64,000 nucleotides of DNA from a virus. The stretch is taken from positions 1 through 64,000 of the IMG/VR virus record IMGVR_UViG_3300035158_000293; one strand, written 5' to 3'. The translations under genes and the position numbers were made by a program. The notes under the pieces were generated by a model. The model was not told where the DNA came from and did no database searches. It saw only the letters and a program-made list of their open reading frames with translations. Below, in pieces: positions 19,071 to 30,600 of this stretch (positions are counted from its first letter, which is position 1; each line of letters opens with the position of its first letter).

Positions 19071-20621
19071 TTATGAAACGCTTTTGGCGAATTTAACGGC
19101 GGCATCACGACTTTTGAAGCCACTTATTGCTCGATGACTCCATCCATACCATTTACCGTCCTTACTGCTCTTGCCGACGGAGCAAACCGCGTTGTCCGGT
19201 TTTGCCAACTCCGGCTTGATCCCGTACTCCTGTGTGAGTTTTTCAGCGTCTTCAGGCGAGCCAATGTAGTGACCCTCCGGTGTGTACGCGCTGTCTATTT
19301 CAATAGCATCGTCACCACCTAATACGTAACGCTCTTTTCGCACCTCGTAACCGTCGTGCTTTTTAGTGCTTATGACCTTTTTGTCGTCGCCCCAGCCATC
19401 CTCCAAAAGCGCCACTTTTTTCAATGTCTGGTGCAACAGGTGCCATCCAGCTTCTTCAACAACATACCCGTGTTTTGACACAACGTCAAAGCTCGTGGCT
19501 ACCTCGAACGACTGTATACCATCCCCTTCATCAGAAAGGTCATCATGTATCGCTTCTTCGACCTCTTCTGTATCTTGGTCAGCTTCTCCATCCCCGGATA
19601 CTTCATCATCGGCACTACCCTTGCGACCAGAACCACTCTTGCTGGTTTTGTCCTTTTTCTCCCTTTGGTCAGGCTTTGGGCTATCAGCTTTTTTAACAGC
19701 TTGCTCTTTCTGTTTTTGTGCCGTTTTGTTTTTATCATCCGACCCCTCTTTATCAGTAGCCTTCTCGCTGTCAGATTGCCCTTTCTCGGCGTTTTCTTCC
19801 TCCCCGCCTTGCTCTATACCCTCAGCATCCTCTGGTTCATCCTCCGCCGCATCAGCATCATCATCCTCGTCATCTGAACGCAATCCCGGCTGTTCCAAAA
19901 CTTTGCCGACGGGATTGATCTTCAATTCGGGCAGATCGAAATGTTCCTTTGTAGCCTTGGCCGCGACAGGCGAGGGCATACCGGATGCAATCTTATCATC
20001 GTAATAATTCTGGACGTCTTCGAGATCGAAGGTGTATTCCGGCTCGTCCAAGGTCTCACTTTCCGGGTCGGATTCCGGGGCTTGTTCCTTCTTGGTTACT
20101 ACGGGGTTTTCCGGTTCTTCCTCTTCCGATTCTTCCTCTTCCGGCGGTATTTGGGGTCGAGGTTTTTTCTCGGCTTCACGCTCTTTCTCGGCTTCAATAA
20201 CTGAAGCTAACCACTCTGCAACGCTCTCTTTTACGGGGGGCACTTCCCACTCACCATTGATGAAAACCAAATAAGGTTCCACGGTGTCTTCAGGTAACGA
20301 CCGGGCATAAACTACACCCCCGGTCTCCACAAGAGAAGTTTCCCAATCCGATGCGGAAGCATCTTCATCAGGCCGTAGGTACGTGGGATCGAACGATGTA
20401 ACCCTCAAAATTAACGGGAGGCCGCCCGCGCGACTCGCGCATAGAGCGGCCTCCTTGAGCGTTGTATCGCACCACGTTGTGAGATGTACAACAGAAGGAT
20501 CACCCTCCACCACCTCATTCAGAAAAGGCTTTACACTCGTGGTGAAACGAGCGCGTAGACCCTTCCTGCAAATATCGGCAAAATGCCGTGTTGTCGTGGC
20601 GTGGTAAAGGACATCTGTCAT
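19071..20621 (-). CDS. 516-aa protein: Tpt1/KptA-like ADP-ribosyltransferase fold, charged linker, C-terminal KWYGWSHRA domain
   Basis: LYHATT...ICRKGL...VVHLT...GGLPLILRV at the N-terminus; CSVGKSSKDGKWYGWSHRAISGF at the C-terminus. Confidence 0.7.
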   Translation of the reverse strand: MTDVLYHATTTRHFADICRKGLRARFTTSVKPFLNEVVEGDPSVVHLTTWCDTTLKEAALCASRAGGLPLILRVTSFDPTYLRPDEDASASDWETSLVETGGVVYARSLPEDTVEPYLVFINGEWEVPPVKESVAEWLASVIEAEKEREAEKKPRPQIPPEEEESEEEEPENPVVTKKEQAPESDPESETLDEPEYTFDLEDVQNYYDDKIASGMPSPVAAKATKEHFDLPELKINPVGKVLEQPGLRSDDEDDDADAAEDEPEDAEGIEQGGEEENAEKGQSDSEKATDKEGSDDKNKTAQKQKEQAVKKADSPKPDQREKKDKTSKSGSGRKGSADDEVSGDGEADQDTEEVEEAIHDDLSDEGDGIQSFEVATSFDVVSKHGYVVEEAGWHLLHQTLKKVALLEDGWGDDKKVISTKKHDGYEVRKERYVLGGDDAIEIDSAYTPEGHYIGSPEDAEKLTQEYGIKPELAKPDNAVCSVGKSSKDGKWYGWSHRAISGFKSRDAAVKFAKSVS

Positions 20622-20648
20622 GGTGCTTACCTCTGTGTGTCAAAGCGA

Positions 20649-20882
20649 TTACGAAGCCTCTTCGCTGCTCACAATGATAGCACGGCAGGTGTAGTCCGTA
20701 CCACCCACGTCCGCCGTGATTGTGATCTCCCGAGGTATCGCCTGACCGTCACCGGGCTTGGTGACAGCGTCCAGCGCAAGATCACCAATAGCGAGGTGAG
20801 CATCGGCGCAATCTATCGCTTCCTGCTCTGTGTCGTAGACGTGCAAACAGACAGAACACTCGTACTTGGTTACTGCGGGCAT
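20649..20882 (-). CDS. Small Zn-finger-like hypothetical protein
   Basis: YECSVCLHVYDTEQEAIDC; AAGGAG SD. Confidence 0.6.
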   Translation of the reverse strand: MPAVTKYECSVCLHVYDTEQEAIDCADAHLAIGDLALDAVTKPGDGQAIPREITITADVGGTDYTCRAIIVSSEEAS

Positions 20883-20900
20883 TTGTTTCTCCTTTGTTGT

Positions 20901-23900
20901 TTAAGACAGCGCTTCAACTTGGGCCCTCAAATCGTCAATTTGCTCTTGTTGCTCCTGAATGGCCCGCACCAACATGGCGACCATGTCCTGATGCTGACGG
21001 ACCTGCCAGACTTCCTCGTTCTCGTCTTCAGGCTCAATAACCATGCTGGGTAGGGCTTCGACCATCTCCTGAGCAACGAAGCCTGTTTTTTCCCACGCCT
21101 TTTCGCGGTCCAATTCCAACCCGTCCGGCCCGAAGGAATAAGCAAACTCGGTGTAACTACGAGGCTGGAGCGCCAGTACTTCCGCAAGGCCCACCTCGAT
21201 GTCCCGGATGTTCTCTTTAACCCGCTCGTCAGATGCTGCGGCACCCCATGAGAGGACGCTACCCGAATTCCAAGTAAGCTGCTGCCCAGCGGTCCCAGCC
21301 GCAGGAGGAAGCTCATAGGTGACACTCGCTGAACTGCTCGAGTTTGCCTTGATTCCGGTGGTCTGGCCGTTATCGCTCATCAAAAGGCCACCACCCTTGT
21401 CCACAGAGAACCACGGGGTCGTTGAAGTGCCGCTCGTCAGATAGAGGTAGTGTGTCGAGCCGCTCTTCGTTCCAGTAAGCTGAACTGTACCATACCCGGT
21501 GCCCTGATAATCCTGCAAGGTTAATGTGCCGGTTATCTGAACACCCCGGACAGAAGCGCTGTCGTTGTAGACAACCAATTCAGCGTCAGCTATGCTCGTG
21601 ACATCCCAGCCAACCACAAACCGATTCGTAGAATCCGTCGCGAGGCGTGTGCCGGTGCCCGTACCCTTTCCAAACACAAAAGAGTGCGAGTGGCCCACGT
21701 CCAAATACTGGCCTACGCCTAAACCCGCCGTGGTACCATCTACGTTGACGTAATTTCCGAACGCGACGTTGTACCCGCCACCAACGGTGTTATTTGCACC
21801 TGCAACGAGGTTCGAGCCGCCAGCGCTTATTGTGTTGGAGCCGCCCCCCAAAATCACACAACTGTTTGCACCCGATCCTGTGTGACTGATCGTGTTGTCG
21901 GAACCGCCAATGATAGCACAGTCGCTTGATCCGCTCCCGCTGATCGTGTTGTCATGACCTGCCAAGATACCGCTGTAACCACCTGTGGAGGAGACGACGT
22001 TCGTGTCACCGCCAAGCACAACGCTTCGCTCGGTAGTGGCGTCGTTGTTGTCGCCCACGAATACACCCGAACGAGTCGCGGTCGCGGTACAGTCGTCCCC
22101 GCCGATAACCGCCGAGTATGCTCCTATCGTTCCAACCCCGGAAGGTGCGTAATTCATGCGCACCGCACCGTAATTGGTCGTCACCTCATTGTAGAAGCGG
22201 CAATACAGGTCGTTCCCCGTGTCCTCAGCCTCAAAACCGTTCGAGCCGTCGGACAACTGGATTGCATACTGCGATCCGCTGGACGTGCCGCTCTGGTCAA
22301 CCCAACCGAGGTTCCCTGAACCGTCCGTCTTGAGCACTTGATCGGCAGAGCCGTCATTGGGGAATTTGTACGTCGTATCGCCTGACAGCGTGTCAGCCGT
22401 TTTGAACGCAATGTAGTCGGTGGCGTAACCACCACCAGAGTGCATCCGAATGCCGTCACCCGTCGAGCCCATCGAGAGTATCTCGAGAAGCCCTTGCTTG
22501 ACTTGGAGCCACCCTCCCAAACCGACCGTATTGGCATCCGACACATCCGTGTCCTGTCCAATCGCGGTACTTCCTGCACCCGAGCAGGTAGCTTCAAAGC
22601 CAATGGCGATTCCCTCAGCAGCCGTCACAGAGGTATCTCGACCAATTGCAATACCATCCTGCGCAGCGATTCCACACACGGCAGTCTCGCCAATCGCGAT
22701 GGCGTAGTCATCGCGAGCTTTTGCGTCGTGACCCAAGGAGATATTGTATGTTTTTGTGGAGTCGCCACTCCCATACCCGATGGCAATACCACTCAAACCA
22801 GCCGTCGAAAGATTACCTATGCTGATCCCGTTATTTCCGGTGACACTACCACCCTGAACACAGAAACCGTACTGCCCGTTTGAATTTCCATCCCCCAACA
22901 CGACACCCTTGTCTGTGCCTCCCAAAATTCTTAGGTCGTCTTCATCAGCTTCGAACACAAGCTCTTCGAACCCGTCAAGAACTCGCGTTACCCGGAACTG
23001 CGAATCCTGTGTCGAGGTGCTGCTCGTCCAACTCCCGTCGGTCCTGAAACCGATTTTACCTGCAAGTGCGGCTGCGGGACTGCCTGCATCGTAGTAATAC
23101 TGGTCAAAACGCAAAAGCGTGCCTGTGTTGCTCATCGACGCAGCATTCGCTTGGTTTTCGAGGGTCAGAATATCGTAATCAGCCGTGACCGTTCCTGTAC
23201 CGGAAATAGTATCGCCGCCGCTTACCCCGCCCGCGTCCTCCCATGAAAGTGTACCGTCGCCAGCGGTTGTTAAAACTTGACCGTTCGTACCATCGTCATC
23301 CGGCAAGACCCAAATCTGATCGGCTGTCAAAGCGGGGGCTTCGAACCCAACGTAGTTTGAAGAACCAGAGTCGTACCAACGGAATTCACCTGCGTTCCAA
23401 ACACAAGCGTAACCCGAGCCAACGGTGAAATCGGGCTTGTCACTAGCGCCCTTGTAAAAACCAACGGAGAAGGTGTTATCTGCTGGTGATGTGAGCCTGT
23501 CTGCGGCACCGTTGCCTTGGCCCCAAACAAACGTGTTTGTGTTGGCTCCCGTGTCGGTATAGAGGCCCCCAACAAACGAGTAGTCTTCCGACGCTGTTGT
23601 TTGATACCCACAAGCAAAAGCCGCCTCGCCGGAAGCCTCCGTATCGTAACCCGTTGCCACAGCGTACTGATCACTAGCCGTGGAACCGTCGCCCATTGCA
23701 AAACTGAAGTTTCCGCTGGACGTGGAGCCGTCGCCCATTGCAACGCTGTAATCGCCACCTGCCACGGAGTCACGCCCCATAGCAACACTATATATCCCGT
23801 TGGCCTGCGTGTCACCACCTGCGGCAAAACTCGTACCGCCAGCGGCGGTTGTGTCACGCCCTAATGCGACAGCGTAGTTGGCCGTTGCAGATACACCGTG

Positions 23901-24284
23901 ACCTATTGCGATACTGCAAAGGCTGCTTGCAACAGCATCCTCACCCAACCCTATGGAAGAAGCGCCAAGAGAACCGAGACCTCCCGGAAAGTACCCTACT
24001 CGGAAAGCTCCGTCGTTTGTTGTGTTGTTGTAGAAGCGGAAGTACAGATCGTTCGCGGAATCGGCTGCCTCTAATCCGCTGGACCCGTCGTTCATTTGAA
24101 CATCGTGGTCCACACCGCCGGGGCTTGCGCCAGACGCATCCAAGTTTTTCCAAACTGCGCCGTCGTAGCCTTGAAAATTAGTACCGTTGAAGCGCACCGT
24201 ACCTGCGACTTCTTGCGGGGTATCAGTAAAGACCCAAGGGCCAGCTTTACGAAGGGGTATTGACATCTCGGCCTCCATATACAC
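20901..24284 (-). CDS. Tail fibre with YadA-head-like repeats and C-terminal intramolecular chaperone (peptidase S74 type)
   Basis: 14-residue S(V/F)AMGxxSxAxG repeats, G/S/T-rich composition, SDERVKENIRDI...GFVAQEM...LVRAIQEQQEQIDDLRAQV. Confidence 0.9.
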   Translation of the reverse strand: MYMEAEMSIPLRKAGPWVFTDTPQEVAGTVRFNGTNFQGYDGAVWKNLDASGASPGGVDHDVQMNDGSSGLEAADSANDLYFRFYNNTTNDGAFRVGYFPGGLGSLGASSIGLGEDAVASSLCSIAIGHGVSATANYAVALGRDTTAAGGTSFAAGGDTQANGIYSVAMGRDSVAGGDYSVAMGDGSTSSGNFSFAMGDGSTASDQYAVATGYDTEASGEAAFACGYQTTASEDYSFVGGLYTDTGANTNTFVWGQGNGAADRLTSPADNTFSVGFYKGASDKPDFTVGSGYACVWNAGEFRWYDSGSSNYVGFEAPALTADQIWVLPDDDGTNGQVLTTAGDGTLSWEDAGGVSGGDTISGTGTVTADYDILTLENQANAASMSNTGTLLRFDQYYYDAGSPAAALAGKIGFRTDGSWTSSTSTQDSQFRVTRVLDGFEELVFEADEDDLRILGGTDKGVVLGDGNSNGQYGFCVQGGSVTGNNGISIGNLSTAGLSGIAIGYGSGDSTKTYNISLGHDAKARDDYAIAIGETAVCGIAAQDGIAIGRDTSVTAAEGIAIGFEATCSGAGSTAIGQDTDVSDANTVGLGGWLQVKQGLLEILSMGSTGDGIRMHSGGGYATDYIAFKTADTLSGDTTYKFPNDGSADQVLKTDGSGNLGWVDQSGTSSGSQYAIQLSDGSNGFEAEDTGNDLYCRFYNEVTTNYGAVRMNYAPSGVGTIGAYSAVIGGDDCTATATRSGVFVGDNNDATTERSVVLGGDTNVVSSTGGYSGILAGHDNTISGSGSSDCAIIGGSDNTISHTGSGANSCVILGGGSNTISAGGSNLVAGANNTVGGGYNVAFGNYVNVDGTTAGLGVGQYLDVGHSHSFVFGKGTGTGTRLATDSTNRFVVGWDVTSIADAELVVYNDSASVRGVQITGTLTLQDYQGTGYGTVQLTGTKSGSTHYLYLTSGTSTTPWFSVDKGGGLLMSDNGQTTGIKANSSSSASVTYELPPAAGTAGQQLTWNSGSVLSWGAAASDERVKENIRDIEVGLAEVLALQPRSYTEFAYSFGPDGLELDREKAWEKTGFVAQEMVEALPSMVIEPEDENEEVWQVRQHQDMVAMLVRAIQEQQEQIDDLRAQVEALS

Positions 24285-24319
24285 AAATCGGCGAAAGCGC
24301 CGAACGTAGCGTTGAGTTT

Positions 24320-24347
24320 ATTATACCGCCTATTACATGTTCAGCAA
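24320..24347 (-). promoter_or_regulatory. Putative sigma70-type promoter for the tail fibre gene
   Basis: TTGCTG, 16 bp, TATAAT (preceded by GG). Confidence 0.5.
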
Positions 24348-24354
24348 GCCTCAC

Positions 24355-24624
24355 TTAAAAAAGCACCCTCAAAAGGTATTGCCACAACGCCAACCCCAAA
24401 CACGAGCCCAAAAGACCGCCAGTCACCGCACCAAAACGCACATACTGTTTTTCTGTCCGGGCCTTCAGGGACAGGGTAGCGTCAACCCACCAATCCCCAA
24501 CCCAAATCGCCATCAAAACCCCCACACAAGGTAAGAGTGTGCAGAGGACTAAAGAGACTAAGCATGCACCGTGCAAATATCGAGAAAAGCGTCCGTCGGG
24601 GCCATACATAGCACACCTCAACAT
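24355..24624 (-). CDS. Small two-TM membrane protein
   Basis: Two hydrophobic segments; TAATG overlap with the giant gene stop. Confidence 0.5.
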   Translation of the reverse strand: MLRCAMYGPDGRFSRYLHGACLVSLVLCTLLPCVGVLMAIWVGDWWVDATLSLKARTEKQYVRFGAVTGGLLGSCLGLALWQYLLRVLF

Positions 24625-27600
24625 TATGCGTCGTCGGGCACCAAAAATGGTGTGAAGGCTTTAACGAGGCGTGTGCCTGTCCATCCATCAAAACCGTAGT
24701 CATAGAAGAAATTCTTGAAGTCGCCGCGGGCGCGTTCGATTTCCTCGGGGGAAGCTTTGCCCTTTCTCACCTTTCGACGAAGGCGGTCATACTTAGCAAT
24801 CTCGCGCTTCAATTGCCCGTCTTTGTAAACCTTGCGCAGTTTTTCACGCTCGCGCTTGGTGAGCCTCAGTTTCTTCATCACGTTGACCATGTGGACCTTC
24901 AAACTACGCCACATCTTGCCAACGTCGGGCACGAGCCCAAAACCCGGTTCGTCGATACCAGACCAGCCGGGGTGGTCCGCTCCGTAGACAGACTGCGTGT
25001 ATTCACGAGACGTTATTTTCTCTGCCACGTCTTTCGGGGGTGGCCCCTCGAACCCTGCAAGCGCTTTGATCCCCTCTTTAGCAGAGAATGTAATGGTGCG
25101 AATCCGGGGGAAGTCCTCGGGGTCAGCTTGCCGCAAGTGAATGTAGTCGGCATCGTCGGAACCTTTGTCCACGTCACCGTACTTGTACCCGTGATCCTTG
25201 GCCCACTTCTTGGCCTTTTTCACAGTCCACTTGTCTTTGGCAAACAGGAGAGATTGAATTTTGGAAGCTTCCGCCAACGCACGAACAGCATTCTCCGAAA
25301 GCTCCCCAACAGCCGTTGTCGGGGTCGAAGACTCTTCCAACGGCTTCGTGAGTAGTTGCGACGCGGTTAGGTAATCCATGCCGTACCCGTTCATAAGTAC
25401 AAACATGGCTTCCTGTTCCGTCAGGTGAGCTAACTTTTCAGGAAGTGTTTTTGACGCTGCATCAATCGACTCCCCCAAAAGCCCACGGCGGTCCTTCGAG
25501 CCCTTCTTACGCTTTGAATTTCGCGAACGTGGGCGAACCTTCGCATTACGACGGCTACGGTTGGATCGAGAAGGCAACCGCGACTTGCTCTTGAGCCTCC
25601 CGTAAAAACACCCTTCCTGTGTGGCGTCTGTAACAGATTCCCAATCTGTAAGCTCGGCGCTGTGTTCCGGTAGTACGAAACAGGCCACACCCGCAAGGGA
25701 TTTCTCAGGTACGACCACTCCGGTCGCCGTGTGAGGTAAAACCTGCTCCAACGAGCCCTTATCGAAGATAAGGAATCCGTCAACACCCGGCTTTGATGTT
25801 GAAAGTGCCGTGTTTTCACAAAGTTCGATACCCTCCGCATGAGGGCGTCCAACCACGGCTTCAGGAACGTGATACAGTAGTTTCGCGTTGACTTGTGCGC
25901 TGTACTTGTATGCGTTCCACCACCATTCAAACGGCAAAGACTGTAAAGGCAAGATGCCCGTATTGATGTTCGTGTCCTGCCACAACACCGTGCCGGGGCC
26001 ATCCCAACGGTATTTGCTGGGCACGCCTGTTACAACTACGTCCCGCACACCCTTGTCCTGCAAATACCTGTTCACGCTGTCCACGTCATGCGGGTATCCC
26101 GCACTCTTGTTTCCAAACGTATCGGTCTCAGGTGTCGGTTCCGTCCTATCTCGATTGGGTTGCACACCGTACTCGGTAAACCCTGTGAATTTTCTCATAC
26201 CTCCCGGTGCCTTGTCCACCTTGACGGCCATGTGCAGATCGCCCACCGCTACACACTCCAAAATAGACTCGCCAACCGGTATCATTTGATACGCCCCAAG
26301 CAACACTTCGCCCAAACGCTTGTAATAATCCTCAAGCTCCCAATCGAAGAATTCGTTTCCAACGGGCGCTGTCAATCTCTCCCCGTAAGCCTTGAGCATA
26401 TTTCGTAGACCCATCTCCTTGATCTCTTTCTTGAACATCGGAACAAGCTTCTGTTCCATCGGGTCTGGATCACCCGGAATCCAGAACATATCCTCGGGAT
26501 TCTCCATGTCGGGCGCTTCAATGTCGTACCACTCCGTGAACTCCTTTGTGGGTTCAGTAGCGCCTTCCTCGTCCCCCCAAACAAGAGACCACACGCCTTG
26601 GTCCACCTGCGGCGTTATGTAACTTGCAATCCGTGTCGCAACCGCAATCCAACGCGGTTTGACGTTGCCGGGAGCCGCCTGATCAATCGCTTTCGACAGC
26701 GAGTTGGCAAACGAAAGCGGTGAGAACCTGATTGCAGCCTCATACACCTTGGGATCGGGCTTGGTGCGTAGTTTCTTGCTCTTCTTGCTAGGCTCCCCAA
26801 ACGTGATAACCCCTTCCTCGTACATATCCACGAATTGATCGTCGTAAATCACGTTGATCGTCGCGGAACCCATACGCACGAAGAACACAGGGTCGCCGTC
26901 CTCGTCTTTCAACGCACCGATAACCTCAACACCGTTTCCGCTGTCGTCGTAAACAACGGAACCGTATTTGAGTGTGTGACCATCCTTCTTCAAAGCGGTG
27001 AAGAAGTCTGTTTTCTTAAGGTGTACCGGACGCGGACGCGGGAACTTCGAGTAGTCATACGTATCGTCTTTCCCTATAAAGACCAATTTGTCGAGTTGAT
27101 CCGGCTTGTGTTTGACAAACTCGAAGTACCGACCCATATCCTGCGGGATGCGCCCGCTACGCAAGTCCCCCAAAAGCCACTTGTAGATGTCCTGCTTTGC
27201 TGTCTTGTTCTTGAAAGCCGAACGATCTTTCGGGGTCCACTTCTTGGTGAGCGCTTTGAGTAATTTGCGCTTCTCAACAGGGTTGTGCTCCGAAGGGTGA
27301 AACTCCACGAGACTCTGGACGTCGTGCGCACTCTGCACATTGCCGGGTTCATGGCCGAGCGCTTCGAGAATCGTCGCGATGTCAAAATCTGCGGATTCTG
27401 GAAGCTCCGGCATCTCGATTTTGCCTTCGTCCATGAGGCTCACGAAATCGCTGTCGTATGCGTAACGCAGACTACCATTGTGGGTATAGAAAATCACCGG
27501 ATCGTCCGGGTCGCTAGATTCGATTACGCCCACAAGCTCGAACACATTGCCGTCTGTGTCCTTTATGAAGCCCCCAAGGGACAAGGGCTGACCAAAGGCT

Positions 27601-30600
27601 GAAAACACCGCGTAGAGGTCCGTCTCCTCAAACGGGTATCCGTCGATTACGTCCATCTCCCATTCTTCGTCGTCCTGTACAAGTTGACGAATCTGCTCTG
27701 CAATGGCTTCGTCTCTGAAGTACGCGGTGTTCTTCGCGTCTGTAGAAGAGAGCCGGACGCCTGCTGCTTTCTCCTCTGAATACGGACCTTCACCATATTC
27801 CTTCGCGGTTATGTTAATGTCAGCCTTCACCATACCCCAAGCCTCGTCCTTTGAAGCAAGGTGGTCCGCGTACCCGGACACCAACACCCAATGTGGTATG
27901 CCGATGTTGTGTGTACCCTTCTTATACACACTACCCATGTATATTGCATCTAGGTTAGCATCGCCTGCACCCACCGCGGCTGGATTAACGCGGGTGATGA
28001 CCCAAGGATACCCTCTGTGAACTCCAGAGGCCACATGTGTCCCACCGACGCTCTTAAGTTCCAACCACACCGGACCACTTAATGGCAGCAAGTCATCTGG
28101 CAGATTTGCGAGCGTGTCTTCGGGTTCTGTTTCGGGTTCTGTTTCGGGTTCTGTTTCGGGTTCTGTTTTCTTTTGTGTTGCGGTTACATCAGACACCACA
28201 ACCTGACCGGACACCGTTACTATCTGTTCAATGGTAGGTGCATTGGCACCAAAGTCTTCTGGAGAGATTTGCCAAAGATCGTCGGACATCAAAGCCTTCT
28301 CAGCGGTGTCGTGCATACCATAAGGAGCCCAAACACCATCCACAGGATCGTAAGCGTAGAGTATGAACAGCTTCCCCAAATCCTCACTCTGAGGTACAGC
28401 CGCACCCGCAATCTTTTTTGCGGTTATTATGTACTTGGCTTTGGGATTTTCAAATGCCGTGGCTGTGTTGATCGACGCAACATCGAGCGTAGGTTTGTCC
28501 ATAGTAATGACAGTACCTACTGGTTGCTGCTCGACCCAAACCTCGACTGCTTGCTGTGCAGCGGCCAACGTGAGAAACTCGCCGAAAACTTTGTCTTCAA
28601 AGTTTACATTTACCGTTGAGCCGTTTAGCGCGTATGCGCGAGAAACCCCTGCGTCATTCATAACATAAACTATGCCCCAACCGTTCACAACATCTGTCTT
28701 CACGATGTTGTAGTCGTCGCGGCTTATGGAGGTTTCTGTAAACACGGTATCAGGAGCTACATAACCGCTATGTGCGGTGTGCTGTTTTCCTTTGAGTCCC
28801 TTGTGTAATTCCGTGCTGTTGCCGGGGTCCAAATTCGAGGCATGTGCAATACCTTTTTCGATGGCTTTATTCAAGCTCCGAGCGTCGTCCACCACAGACC
28901 ATTTGGAAGCGAGCCAAACTAGGAATTTCGAACCCACAGCCGTCACCGCGACGCCGTGTCCGTTGACAATAGCGGAGAAGAAAAGTTCCCCTGAGTCCGC
29001 TGGAAGTGGTTCGGTAGTCGTCGCGGAAATTGGAGCGTGAAGGCTCAAATGATTGAACGTGCCGCCAACTATGTCATGCACAAACCCCACTTCCCCCGCC
29101 AATTCAAATTGTACCATCGGAACTACGTCTTCCGGGTTGTGCGAGGACGCTGCGGACACAACAGACCAAGTATCACCCCGCTTGTCCGTCACGGCGGCCA
29201 CGTATTTATCCTTGGTTTTCAATACCGCCACACCATAACCGTTCATGACATCCGCAAAAACGACTTCACCGGGAAGTGTTTCATACAACGGATTTGGTGC
29301 GGAGTAGGTAAACATAGCTTTCTGACTTGTCTGTGTGTAATCCTGCGCGGCCTCGTCCTTGAAAGCCGACATTAAACCTACCAAGTCATTCGCGACCAAA
29401 CTTGTAACGGTCATTTGGATCGATCCAGCAACAACAAGCCTCTTCTCGAGGAACGCCCAAGTACCCTTCTGCGTCAAGAACTTAGTTACTGCCCACCAAT
29501 CTCCTTTGTCGTCTTCCCTTCCCACAACAACTACGGGTGTACCACCGACAACCCCGGCGTACCAAAGCTCTTCTCCGGGTTCCAACGGATACTCTGGAGC
29601 GGTCTTTTGCGGCACCGTCTCCCCTGTGCTGGAATACGTTATGTCACCCTCGTTCGGAAGCACCGGTTTGTCGGTACCTTCCGGTTTTGAGGGTAGTGCA
29701 TCGAGACTATACGGGCCTTCGCCCTGCTCGGCCACCAAGTTTTGATCTATCACCGTCAACGCACCCACCTTGGCGTCTATTATGGTGTCAAATTCACCCA
29801 AATCAGTCCAACCGTCTGCATCCGTGTATACCCAAACATGAGGTGCTTCGAAAGCGTCTACCGAAACAACCCAAGGATAACCCCTGTAAACACCGGCCAA
29901 ATCTATAAGATCGGGATCAACATCCAACTCTTCGAGACTGACAGGTAATTTCAAGTGCCCTTCTTCACCTGAAGCGCCGTGTTCGTAGGTGTCTGCCAGA
30001 GTGTATTTCATGTTCTTAAATGGCCCGTCTTTGTCTTGATCTTCGACAACATCAGCAATTGCAACCTTTGCCCGATACGTCGCCGCACCATATGAATTCA
30101 CAAAATCACCTTCCCCAAAAACGGGATGCCATTTGGCGGATTCTGTAGATGTTACCCCCTTATGCGAAAGCGGCATGTAAGTGTGTGCTGTGAAACCTTT
30201 GCCGCTTACGTAAAGAACAACCCAAGGGTAGCCGGAAACGACGCCATAACACACAAGCTCCCCGTCCAACCCCCTTGTCGACGGGAATTCCAGTTTGTCG
30301 TCCTCTTCCGGTTTTTCAAACTCTGGTTCAGGTGTGTCGGTGTACGGGCCTTCCTGTGCGTAGGTAGCGTCTATTTTTGCCGACATGACACCGTATAACT
30401 CAAACGGCGTCTTGCTTGGTTTTTCATGTTCTATCCACTCAGCACTTCCATGATTGTAATGCCATCCCCAATAAGCACCCCCCATCTCCGCTATAACCCA
30501 AGGATACCCTTTGTAAACACCTTGCTTAACAACCGTACCCACGGTACCCTTTAGCGTCGGGTATTCTGGCTCTTCGCTATCCGAGGTGTCTGCCGCTTTG

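Noticed and set aside
22382-25465. Weak palindrome variants CTGACAGCGTGTCAG (22382) and TTGACGCTGCATCAA (25451)
   Set aside because: They have multiple deviations and could be chance. They were excluded from the counts, although 25451 lies at a module boundary.
28119-28166. 12-bp tandem repeat as a phase-variation switch
   Set aside because: The unit is a multiple of 3, so it only changes linker length.
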